A DNA stretch of 64,000 nt, from contig OZ296658.1 of the NCBI GenBank assembly GCA_965655095.1, positions 16,864,001 to 16,928,000 of the forward strand. Direction: 5' to 3'. The translations under genes were made by a program, and so were the position numbers. Origin of the DNA: Haplodiscus bocki. Lineage: Eukaryota. This document shows, piece after piece, positions 36,328 to 48,971 of the stretch. Position 1 is the stretch's first letter. The number at the start of each line of letters is the position of its first letter. Under the pieces are notes generated by a model. That model ran no database searches. It was not told the origin of the DNA and saw nothing but the letters and a program-made list of their open reading frames with translations.

Positions 36328-38715
36328 TATTCGGTCTGAAAAGAGATTCGTTACCTCTGTCTTTTTTTCAACTATATGAAAAGTTATTGCAAAAACTCGA
36401 GCAATGTAGGCTTTAACGACGATTTCAACACATTAGAAAAAATTTAATTGACGTTTTGCGCCCCTTTCATTTCAATGATTTGATCGATTGGTAGAGACAT
36501 AGTGCACGATTAGAACGCTTTTAATTGGAACTAATATCACATTTATACGATGGCATGGTTGATATTTACCCATACAAATCTACCGTACAATATCCAAAGG
36601 AAGACGGCTGAAATTGAATTACTTTAGTACGGCTAAACATTACAGATTTGACACAAAAAAGCCCTAAGGAGGGCACGAAGAAGGAGAGAGTAAAGTTGCT
36701 CAAAGGTTTGGAAAAACGAATGCAACTCGAAACGCAATTGTGTGAGTCCGGCACTTTCATTTGAACCACTCATGAAAATTGAAAGTCGTCAAACTAAAAA
36801 AAAACAAAATTTTGGAAAACGATTTCAGGTGGAAGTGAATTTTTGAAAATTGAGCGCAGTATCTTTTCCAAAAAGTGCTTCAAAGGACTTCAAACTTCAC
36901 ATACGCTTTGCTGCCCACCAGGGGAACTAATTTTGACGTACGTTTAAGACATTTATGGAGATAGGTAATGGCCATGTTTTTGTGGTAACTTGTCGTTTAT
37001 GGTCCTAAGACAATGTAAATGAAAAAAAATAACAAGTTGCAGCAAAAGATTAGTGATTAAGACGAGAAAAAAACAATAATCTTTTCTATTCTTTATACCT
37101 TCCTCCAACGGGTCTACTTTTTGAAGCAAATCACTGCTGTTATTTTGGTCCGTAAAATTAGGGAACTCACTATTCACTATTACGTCCGCTAGAAAGATTA
37201 GAAATTCAGTTTTGTAATACCTTTCGACACTGCTAGAGAGCACCAAAAAGTTTTTGCCTTGTAGGAGGTTCAAAAGTCTTGAGTAAATTGAATGGAAGGT
37301 ATATTGGAGGATTGTTCGAATTTCCGGGCTGTGATTGAATCAGAGCATTCATGGAAAATGAATGAAAGATTCCATCAGCGAATAATTTTTTCCAAATTTC
37401 AAAGGAACATCTAAACATAGTCAAAACCACAAAACGTGTCTTTTTTGATAAATCAGCTATCGAAGGGAACCAAAAAGCACAGCACAATCGCAGAAAGATT
37501 TCAAAAAAGTTTCATATGCCCTGGAAAAATTTCAAAATCGATAAGATTTGTTTTCGGCCCATTGTCAGACGAAATTGAGACAATATCCCGACAGGCAAAT
37601 CGGAAATTCAGTTTTTTTCTGAAAACAACAACAAGAAAGCAAATTCTGGGGAAGAAGATGACGTAGTGTACAACAACATGACATAGCTAACCCCGATTAT
37701 CACAGCTTTGAATCAACAAAAACCGCTAAAGCTAAATTCATTTTCTAACTTCTTATTGTGCTTAGGCATATCGATACTGACAGATAATTTTGTTCTAATA
37801 CTCAAACATAGTTCTTATCCAAGGTTTCGTGGTTAGCCAGGGCTGGTGGTCTAATTTTATACTATTCTGGTGTACTTGATGCCAGATAACAACAATAATA
37901 ACATAATTTAATTTTTTAAAACTTCGGACAACTTGACCAAATAAAACATGTGACAAAGACAAGAAAAAACTCCATTTCTCCTGAGTTTTCGCTCAAACAC
38001 GAGCCTAAACTACATGATGCACCCTGAAACGGCATACAGTATGCCTCAATTTGCTTCCGACACCAAAATGTGTTACCTGCAAAGTCTTCATTATCAGTAC
38101 AAAACTTCGATCAATGTACACAGTGAAGGTTTATCAATTGACTAAAACTTTTTCAAAGTACCTCGGAAACCATAAATGCTTGCAAACATGCCAAATGGAA
38201 ATGCCAGGAGGAAATTTGGGCAGGGGTTGCCCCCTGTGAGTGTTACTTTGGAAAAAATGAGCGAAAATGGCAGAGACTCAAACTGGAAATTCAAAAAAAT
38301 CGACAAAAAACGTCAATTTCTCCAAGACTTTTCACCCACTTTCCACAACTGACCCCTTTGCAGAAGCGCCAGACAATGCTCGACAATATTGCAGTCCTGT
38401 GCGGAAGCGCTCCGAGCCTCCCAAAAAAAGTTATGGGCCAAAAAATGTCAAAAATATGCAAAAACACCAATTTTGGCACCAAAAAACGTCATTTTGGTCA
38501 ACAAAAAATGTTTTAATCGAAAAACGTCAGCAGGAACTTCTTCTTATATCATCATTTGGTGGCCGCATGCAAAATTTGAGGCGAATCGTATGGTTCAACT
38601 CTGAGATCGTGATTTTTGTCAAAGTTTTCTATGCGTAAGCTAAAGACATAGAGAGGGCCAACAGGACCCTACCCGTTGGCCCAAGTATAAGAGGGGGGAA
38701 AGGCCCCCACCCACC

Positions 38716-41700
38716 TAGAAAAGATGACGGCAAAGCCGGCAAGTAGGGCTTTAGTTGAGACGATCGGCGCGCGACAGCGCGCCAACGGACTTTCGTGTGT
38801 GGCTCAACACAGTGGGATTGATGAAACCGGGGGAGTGCCCCCCCCCCGAGGGGGGATTGATTGGTGGTGGCAGGAATTGTCGTAGCAGCAAGGAAGGCCC
38901 ACTGGAGTGGTCCAACCGCAGATTTGGCGCAAAAAGCGCGCAAATCTGCGGTAAAATAGTGACTTTGGACCAAAAATCGGAAAAACGGGCAAAAATGTTG
39001 CGTAGCGGGCAAAAATGTTGCGTAGCGGGCAAAAATGTTGCGTAGCGGGCATAAACAGAGGGCGTAAGTGGGTTCCCCTGATTCGCCTGCACGCGCCGCA
39101 AATTATTGCCTATACGATCCATGCCTCCAAACCCCTTCACTTCCCCTCAAAAAACAGTCTAACTGCCCAAAAAACTACATTTCGGGCATAGTCTCCCAGG
39201 GGGGGAAATCGATGCACAAAACAACTATATCACTGGAAAGCACTCCAGTAGTACTACAAATCATTCCTTATGCATGGACACGCTACGAGCACTCCTTCAC
39301 CGACTTTTTGGACATTTACCCCTAAAAGGGGCGTGGGCTGGGAAGTCAACTTTTAGGGGGGGAATTGTGGCCAAAAACAAAAATACCCCCCGTAACCCCT
39401 GGCCGACGCTGATCGTTTTTGCACTCCACACTCGACCCTCTAAACCCAATTGTTGGCGAGAAAAATCCAAAAATATGCAAAAATGGGCGTTTTTACCCCA
39501 AAAAGGGGTGAAAGGGGGGGTCCCAGAGTTTTCAATCAAATTTTAACCACTACCATCGTAATCAGCGTCCAAAAAAACAGTGGGGGCCGCTCGCTCATCA
39601 AAATCTTACGGTTAGTTTAAAAGTTAGCATTTTTGAGCTCCGGGCTTTGTATCCGTAAACCTGGTACTGAGAAGGGCAATCAGGACCCTACCCGCTTGCC
39701 CAAATATTGAGGGGAATGAGGCCCCCGCCCACCTAGAGGGAATGGGGGCGCCTGCTGGCAAGTAGGGCTTTAGTTAAGACGATCGGCGCGCGATAGCGCG
39801 CCAACGGACTTTCGTGTGTGGCTCAACACAGTGGGAACGATGAAACCGGGGGAGTGCCCCCCCCCCCCGAAGGGGGATTGATTGGTGACAGGAACTGCTG
39901 TCGTAGCAGCAGGGAAGGCCCACTGGAGTGGTCCAACCGCAGATTTGGCGCAAAAAGCGCGCAAATCTGCGGTAAAATAATGACTCTGCACCAAAAATCG
40001 GAATAACGGGCAAAACTTTTGCGTAGCGGGCAAAAATGTTGCGTAGCGGGCATAAACAGAGGACATAAATGGGTTCCCCTGATTCGCTTGCACGCGCCGC
40101 ATATTATTGCCTATACGATCCATGCCTCTAAACACACTCCTTCCCCCTCAAAAAACAGTCTAAGTGCCCAAAAAACCACATTTCGGGCATAGTCTCCGAG
40201 GGGGGGAAACCGATGCACAAAACAACTATATCACTGGAAAGCACTCCAGTAGTACTACAATTCATCCCGTATGCATGGACACGCTACGAGCACTCCTTCA
40301 CCGACTTTTTGGACATTTACCCCTATAGGGGGCGTGGGCTGGGGAGTGAACTTTTAGGGGGGAAAATGTGGCCCAAAACAAAAATACCCCCCGTAATCCC
40401 TGGCCGACGCTGATCATTTTTGCACTCCACACCCGACCCGCTAAAACCAACCGTTGGCGAGAAAATTTGCAAAATATGCAAAAATGGGCGTTTTTACCCC
40501 CAAAAAGGGGCAAAAATGGGGGTCCCAGAGTTTTCAATCAGAATTTGACCGCTACCATCGTAATCAGCGTCCAAAAAAACGGTGGGGGCCGCTCGCTCAT
40601 CAAAATCTTACGATTAGTGTAAAAGTTAGCATTTTTGAGCTCCGGGCTTTGTATCCGTAAACCTGGTACTGAGAAGGGCAATCAGGACCCTACCCGCTTG
40701 CCCAAATTTTGAGGGGAATGAGGCCCCCGCCCACCTAGAAAAGATGACGGCAAAGCCGGCAAGTAGGGCTTTAGTTGAGACGATCGGCGCGCGACAGCGC
40801 GCCAACGGACTTTCCTGTGTGGCTCAACACAGTGGGAACGATGAAACCGGGAGTGCCCCCCCCCCGAGGGGGGATTGATTGGTGACAGGAACTGCTGTCG
40901 TAGCAGCAGGGAAGGCCCACTGGAGTGGTCCAGCCGCAGATTTGGCGCAAAAAGCGCGCAAATCTGCGGTAAAAAAGTGACTCTGGACCAAAAATCGGAA
41001 AAACGGGCGAAAATTTTGCGTAGCGGGCAAAAATGTTGCGTAGCGGGCATGAACAGGGGGCGGAAATTGGTTCCTCCGATGCGCCTGCACACGCTGCATA
41101 TCATTGCTTATACGTTCCATGCCTCTAAACGCACTCCTTCCCCCTCAAAAAACAGTCTACGTGCCCAAAAAACCACATTTCCGGCAAATTCTCCGAGGGG
41201 GGGGGGAACTGATGCACAAAACAAGGATATCAGCGGAAAGTACTCCAGTAGTACTACAAATCATCCCTCATGCATGGACACGCTACGAGCACTCCTTCAC
41301 CGACTTTTTGGACATTTACCCCTATAGGGGGCGTGGGCTGGGGAGTGAACTTTTAGGGGGGAAAATGTGGCCCAAAACAAAAATACCCCCCGTAACCCCT
41401 GGCCGCCGCTGATCATTTTTGCACTCCACACCCGACCCGCTAAAACCAACCGTTGGCGAGAAAAATCCAAAAATATGCAAAAAAGGGCGTTTTTACCCCA
41501 AAAAGGGGCAAAAATGGGGGTCCCAGAGTTTTCAATCAGAATTTGACCGCTACCATCGTAATCAGCGTCCAAAAAAACGGTGGGGGCCGCTCGCTCATCA
41601 AAATCTTACGGTTAGTTTAAAAGTTAGCATTTTTGAGCTCCGGGCTTTGTATCCGTAAACCTGGTACTGAGAAGGGCAATCAGGACCCTACCCGCTTGCC

Positions 41701-42732
41701 CAAATACTGAGGGGAATATGGCCCCCGCCCACCTAGAGGGAATGGGGGCGCCTGTTGGCAAGTAGGGCTTTAGTTAAGACGATCGGCGCGCGATAGCGCG
41801 CCAACGGACTTTCGTGTGTGGCTCAACACAGTGGGAACGATGAAACCGGGGGAGTGCCCCCCCCCGAGGGGGGATTGATTGGTGACAGGAACTGCTGTCG
41901 TAATAGCAGGGAAGGCCCACTGGAGTGGTCCAACCGCAGATTTGGCGCAAAAAGCGCGCAAATCTGCGGTAAAATAATGACTCTGCACCAAAAATCGGAA
42001 TAACGGGCAAAACTTTTGCGTAGCGGGCAAAAATGTTGCGTAGCGGGCATAAACAGAGGACATAAATGGGTTCCCCTGATTCGCTTGCACGCGCCGCATA
42101 TTATTGCCTATACGATCCATGCCTCTAAACACACTCCTTCCCCCTCAAAAAACAGTCTAAGTGCCCAAAAAACCACATTTCGGGCATAGTCTCCGAGGGG
42201 GGGAAACCGATGCACAAAACAACTATATCACTGGAAAGCACTCCAGTAGTACTACAATTCATCCCGTATGCATGGACACGCTACGAGCACTCCTTCACCG
42301 ACTTTTTGGACATTTACCCCTATAGGGGGCGTGGGCTGGGGAGTGAACTTTTAGGGGGGGAAATGTGGCCCAAAACAAAAATACCCCCCGTAATCCCTGG
42401 CCGACGCTGATCATTTTTGCACTCCACACCCGACCCGCTAAAACCAACCGTTGGCGAGAAAAATTGCAAAATATGCAAAAATGGGCGTTTTTACCCCCAA
42501 AAAGGGGCAAAAATGGGGGTCCCAGAGTTTTCAATCAGAATTTGACCGCTACCATCGTAATCAGCGTCCAAAAAAACGGTGGGGGCCGCTCGCTCATCAA
42601 AATCTTACGGTTAGTGTAAAAGTTAGCATTTTTGAGCTCCGGGCTTTGTATCCGTAAACCTGGTACTGAGAAGGGCAATCAGGACCCTACCCGCTTGCCC
42701 AAATATTGAGGGGAATGAGGCCCCCGCCCACC
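38716..42732. mobile_element. Four tandem 1.0-kb GC-rich non-autonomous units (38716-39733, 39734-40735, 40736-41733, 41734-42732), ABAB order
   Basis: Same terminal motifs as the 6.2-kb units but an unrelated interior. The interior has a C-run/G-run hairpin, the CCGCAGATTTG...CAAATCTGCGG palindrome and 20-bp CGGGCAAAAATGTTGCGTAG repeats. Confidence 0.88.
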
Positions 42733-45700
42733 TAGACAACGGGTGCGCCCCCCTAAAAGATAGGGCTTTAGTTGAGACGATCGGCCCGCGACAGCGCGCC
42801 AACGGACTTTCGAGTGTTGCACCGAAGTTCGACAAGCGTTTAACTCATTGAGCGTATGAGAAGTTTGCGTGCTCCCACTGAGGAAAAAAATCCATTAGGT
42901 TGATAAAAACAGAATTTCTTGTTGCTATTATTTTTTGCTTTGCCAAAAAAACTGAATTCCGACACTGTTGAAAGCAACACATGCAATCTAAACGCGCCAT
43001 CCTGATCAATTCATGCAATTGTTTCAGAACATTACGACAGTTCCCTGTTAAACACGTAAATATCATCAACAAAAAATTTTCCGCATCTGAAATTTTATAA
43101 ATGGGATAAGTTTTCATGCGACATTGTAAATGCACCGTAATGTTGTATTTCAAAGAACAAGGAGCCTTTTAAAGAGAAAGTAGCAGGCCTTTCCCACAAA
43201 AGTTAAACTTAGGGGCTGCTGCAATTTCAGGAGGTGATGCAATGGAGAACAGCGTGAAATCAATAGTAAAATATGGACGACCGCTGAAACCCATCAAACA
43301 TTCCCTTCACATCAACTCACCGTTTCACGTTTCAGAGTGTGAATCAGTATCAAGTGATGCAGCAGCGGAAGGAAAACAAGACTATACAGAGTAGAGGGGG
43401 CAGCTTTTGTCGCGCGTTCTCCCATTGGTATGAAAACTCATTAGGTAGATCAAAATATAATCTGTAGATGCTGTTATTTTGTGATTTTGCTTTTACAAAA
43501 GTGTAATCCGACACGGTACAAAGAAGTACGCGCTTTCTGAAGCCCGTTTCTGATATTTTCATCCATTTTAATTTCAGAACAATACTACAGTTCCCAGTTA
43601 AACACGTAAACACCGTGTACACTTTTTATGGATCTCAATTTTTACAATTCGGATAAACAATCATGGAACGAAGTGGAGAACAGTTCGTGGTGTAGTCCAA
43701 AAGACATGAAGCTATATATTGCGAATATACTAAGCTTTTTCCCCACAAGACAAAATTGGGAACTGCTATTTTTTCAGGTGGTGATGCATTGGAGAACAGC
43801 GTGAAAACCAACATGAAAAATGGACGACCGCGAAGATATATCAGATAAACTTACTCTTGTTAACAGAATGTTTAAAGTTTCACAGTGTAAATCATTAGCA
43901 AGCGATGCAGCGAGGAAAGGAAAACAAGGCAATATGGAGTAGAGAGGGCAGCTTTTGTCGCTCTGGGCGACAAATGCTGCATTAAAGCATTTAACTTAGT
44001 GAAAGAATTGCAAATAAAGCTGGAAAACTTTGTTTTCCATTCAATTATTTCTACACGTTTTTGATATTCTTACAAAACTCGATAGCAAGTTTTTCCAGTC
44101 GTCATCTTGTAACAAGCATTCAGGAAACATTGATCAACAATCCAGACAAAAACAGCTTCTCCGCGAATCCTTGTTTTATGAAAAACTTGAGGAGTTGAAT
44201 CGCAAAAAATTTCTTTTCTAATTTCATAACAAGCGAACGCTAGTTTGAAAGGCTAGGGTTTGGATCAATTGGAAAGTTTATTAGCCTTTCTCAAAAGAAA
44301 GTCATTCTCTACATTAATACCAGCAGCATTTGTTCGAAAAGAACGCCGTCGCCTCAGTCGCGAAATCTGTACCTCTTGCACTGATAAGAACTTATCAAAA
44401 TCCTCATAACTGATGGAAACACGTTGAGATCAAATGCCTCATCTACCACTCTTCTGTGTATTCCTCTAAATGAATGAAGTCAACAATTAGTGAGAGCCGT
44501 AATTGGATAGTTCAACCAAAGACATTGTTCGGCTGAATAAAAATAAGCAAAATAATTGAGTTTTAATCGATCGGATAATCATCCCATTGCACTGACGCCG
44601 TGAAACAAAAAGTTAATTGCCCGAAAAAATGAGTCCGAAAAGTTATGCAAAAGATGAGTTATGCAACAGATAAGTTGCACTTGCATTGCCTATAAAAACA
44701 AAGAACGTTCGTTCCGTTTTTATAGTGCACAACTTGATTCAAAGTTTTAATCAATTACACGCAGGAAACTGAGCATTTAAATATCTAACTTTTCCTTCAC
44801 TGCTCAAAAAACTTTTCCGTGCCAAACGATTTCGGAAAAACGAATCTATACAGGTTTATATGCAGAGGAGGCGATTCTGTTGCTTAGCCGTTCATCCGTT
44901 GCGGTAAAACTTTGAATGGATGAAGTTCAATGATTACTTCTTTACTTTCATGAATTCAATGTGAGAACTGCATTTGACGATGACAATACCGCATAGCGTA
45001 AATTTAAGACATCTATAGTGATAGTGAACCGCCATGATTTTGTGGTAAACTGTCGTTTAGGGTGCAAAGACAATGTGAAGGAATAAAGAATTTTCAACAA
45101 GTTATGAGTAATTAGGAAGAATAAGATTGATTGTTCTTTTTTACTTGGTATAAATCCATTGAAGAGGCCCAGTTTCTGAAACAAAAGAACGCCGTAAATG
45201 TGATCCGCAGCAATAAGGAACCCAATTATTATTTCCGCAAGAAAGATTAGAATTTCACTTCTGCAATAACTTTTGACACGGCCATAAATGACCAAAGGGT
45301 GTTTCCGACTCTAAGAGTTCCCAATGTGTCCTGGGTACTGAGCTGAAAGTGTAATGTAGATTTAGTTGACGTCTGGCGGCTATTTTTTATCAGATCGTTC
45401 ATGGAAAAAGAATGAAGGATTCCATCGACTGATTTTTCAAGCGACTGTCTAAACATATTCAAAGAAAAAAGACGTACTTTTTCAAATATTAGCTGCCATA
45501 AGAACAATAGAGCAATGCACTACTACATATAGATCTCCCAAAAGGTTTCAATTGCCAATGAAAAACTTCGAAATTGATAAGCTTTGATTTCGTCTTTTCA
45601 ACAGACGGCCTCGTACCAAAATTCGCATTCACTAATGAAAAACTCAGTCTTTTCCGAAAACAACGACAACAAGGCTACTTTTGGAGACAGATGATCTGGT

Positions 45701-48700
45701 TTTTAACAATTTGACACAAGTGACACCCGATCATCACCGCTTGGATTTAACAAACACTGGTAAAGCAAAACACATTTTTTACAATTCTAATGTGGTTAGA
45801 CACAACGATATTGAGAGATCATTTTGTTCCAAGACTCAAACTTTGTTTCTATCCAAGGTTCCATTTTACTCTCAATTTAGTAGCACAAAAATACACTGCT
45901 TTGCTCTACTTGATTCGAATTATTAACAAAACTAACGTAATTTATGTTTCAAAAACTTCGGTCAACGTTATCAAATAATACAAGCGACAGTGTCAAAAAA
46001 GTAATTTTCACTGTTTTTGCGCCAATGAACCAACTCAAACCTCTTAACACGCCTTGGTATTGCTTTTAGAAAGACTCACTGATCTTCCGACATCAATATG
46101 GGTGAACTGCAACGCATTCTTTGGCAGAACAAAACTTCGATCATTGTAAACAGTGAAAATTTATTCATTTCTCAATGTACTTGGGAAACCAAAGTGCTTG
46201 CAAACAAGCCAAATGGAAGTGCAATAGGGCATGCAACTTTGTGAAAGAACAGCAACAATAACTGAAAGACTTTGTTTCCAATCAAGATGTTCTCTACAAA
46301 TGATAGATATTTTTACACAATTCCCTAGCAAGATTTCCATGTGCCTTCTTGTAACAAGTTTCCAGGGAAATTTTCATCAATAATTTTGAAGAAAACAACT
46401 TGTCCTTGAACTCATGTTCTACGAAACTTTTTTGAGAGGGTCAACTGGAAGCAGCAATCCTCTTTTCGATTTCGTATAAAGTGCATGTTCATAATAACGG
46501 CCAAGTTAAGAAGGAATTGGATTTTTCTTAACCTTCCTTTGAGAATTATATTATCGCCCAAAAAAACATTAGAAGCTTTTCCTCAAAAAGTTGGCTGTCG
46601 CCACAATCTCAAGATATGTACCACTTACATTTGTAGAAAATCTCGAAAAACTTCGTCGCTAAAGTAACAGATTAAGATCAGTTGTCTCACTTAAAACTTT
46701 GTATAAATTTATCTGAATGAACGAAGTCAACAATTATCAAAAGCTCTAATTGCAAAGTTCGACAAATGATATTGTTCGAGAGATTACACTGAAAAAGAAA
46801 GCTTGCTTTTGAATCTATCAGAAGATATCCTCTCTACGTTGAGGTAGTGAAACAAAAAAGCTGACTTCACCTAAAAACAGGAGTCCGTCCAATCCTTTAC
46901 TGTGCACTTGCAAAGATTTTTGCACATAACGAACTTTTACTCCATTCTCCTTCGTGCACAAATTGATTGAAAGTTAAAAACATTTGCTAATAAAATGAGT
47001 ACCGGAATAAATATCTAACTTGTCTTAAACTGTTGTAAAACTGTTGGTGCTAAATGACTTCAGGGTCAGATCTTTCAGTGGTTTGAATACAGAGGAGACG
47101 GTTCTGTTACTTAGTGGCTCATCCCTTACGGTAGAGATATGATTGGGTAAAGCTCAGTAAACACTTCGTTTTTCTCACGATTTTGAAATGAAAACTACAT
47201 TCGCCAATATCAATGTGGCATGGCCATGTTTTTGTGGTAACTTGTCGTTTATGGTCCTAAGACAATGTAAATGAAAAAAAATAACAAGTTTCAGCAAAAG
47301 ATTAGTGATTAAGACGAGAAAAAAACAATGATCTTTTCTATTCTTTAAACCTTCCTCCAAGGGGTCTACTTTTTGAAGCAAATCCCTGCGGTTCTTTTGG
47401 TCCGTAAAATTGAGGAACCCACTATTCACTATTACGTCCGCAAGAAAGATTAGAAATTCAGTTTTGTAATACCTTTCGACACTGCTAAAGAGCACCAAAA
47501 AAATTTTGCCTTGTAGGAGGTTCAAAAGTCTTGAGGAAATTGAATGGAAGGTAAATTGGAGAATTGTTCGAATTTCCGGGCTGTGATCGAATCAAAGCAT
47601 TCATGGAAAATGAATGAAAGATTCCATCAGCGAATAATTTATTCCAAATTTCAAAGGAACATCTAAACGTAGTCAAAACCACAAAACGTGTCTTTTTTGA
47701 TAAATCAGCTATCGAAGGTAAGCAAAAAGCAAAGCACAATCGCAGAAAGATCTCAAAAAAGTTTCATATGCCCTGGAAAAATTTCAAAATCGACAAGATT
47801 TGTTTTCGGCCCATTGTCAGACGAAATTGAGACAAGATCCCGACAGGCAAATCGGAAATTCAGTTTTTTTCTGAAAACAACAACAAGAAAGCAAATTCTG
47901 GGGAAGAAGATGACGTAGTGTACAACAACATGACATAGCTAACCCCGATTATCACAGCTTTGAATCAACAAAAACCGCTAAAGCTAAATTCATTTTCTAA
48001 CTTCTTATTGTGCTTAGGCATATCGATACTGACAGATAATTTTGTTCTAATACTCAAACATAGTTCTTCTCCAAGGTTTCGTGGTTAGCCAAGGCTGGTG
48101 GTTTAATTTTATACTATTCTGGTGTACTTGATGCCAAATAACAACAATACTAACATAACCTAATTTTTTAAAACTTCGGACAACTTTACCAAATAAAACA
48201 TGTGACAAAGACAAGAAAAAACCATTTCTCCTGAGTTTTCGCTCAAAAACGAGCCTAAACTACATGATGCACCCTGAAACGGCATACAGTATGCCTCAAT
48301 CTGCTTCCGACACCAAAATGGGTTACCTGCAAAGTCTTCATTATCAGTACAAAACTTCGATCAATGTACACAGTGAAGGTTTATCAATTAACTAAAACTT
48401 TTTCAAAGTACCTGGGACACCAAAAATGCTTGCAAACATGCCAAATGGAAATGCAAGGAGGAAATTTGGGCAGGGGTTGTCCCCTGTGAGTGTCACTTTG
48501 AAAATAATGAGCGAAAATGGCAGAGACTCAAAATGGAAATTCAAAAAATTCGACGAAAAACGTGAATTTCTCCGGGAATTTTCATCCAATTCCCACATCT
48601 GACCCCTCCCCTCTACAGAAGCGCCAGACAGTGCTCGACAATATTGCAGTCCTGTGTGGAAGCACTCCGAGCCTCCCGAAAAAAGTTATGGGCCAAAAAA

Positions 48701-48971
48701 TGTCAAAAAATGGCAAAGACACCAATTTTGAGACGAAAAATCGTCATTTTGGTCAACAAAAAATGTTTCAATCAAAAAATGTCAGCCGCAACTTCTTCTT
48801 ATATCATCAATTGGTGACGGCATGCAAAATTTGAGGCAAATAGTATGGTCCAACTCTGAGCTCGTGATTTTTGTCAAAAGATGTTTCAGCGTAAGCTATG
48901 AGCAATAAGAGGGCCAACAGGACCCTACCCGTCGGCCCAAATTTAAATGGGGGGAAAAGCCCCCGCCCACT
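42733..48971. mobile_element. Non-autonomous 6.2-kb unit, copy 4 (6239 bp)
   Basis: Co-linear with copies 1 and 2; ends GCCCACT. Confidence 0.88.

Larger units (their letters stand above)
32512..38715. mobile_element. Non-autonomous 6.2-kb unit, copy 3 (6204 bp), with its centre replaced by foreign sequence
   Basis: Matches copy 1 from 32512 to about 34395 and from about 36934 to 38715. The interval between is unrelated to the unit. Confidence 0.88.
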
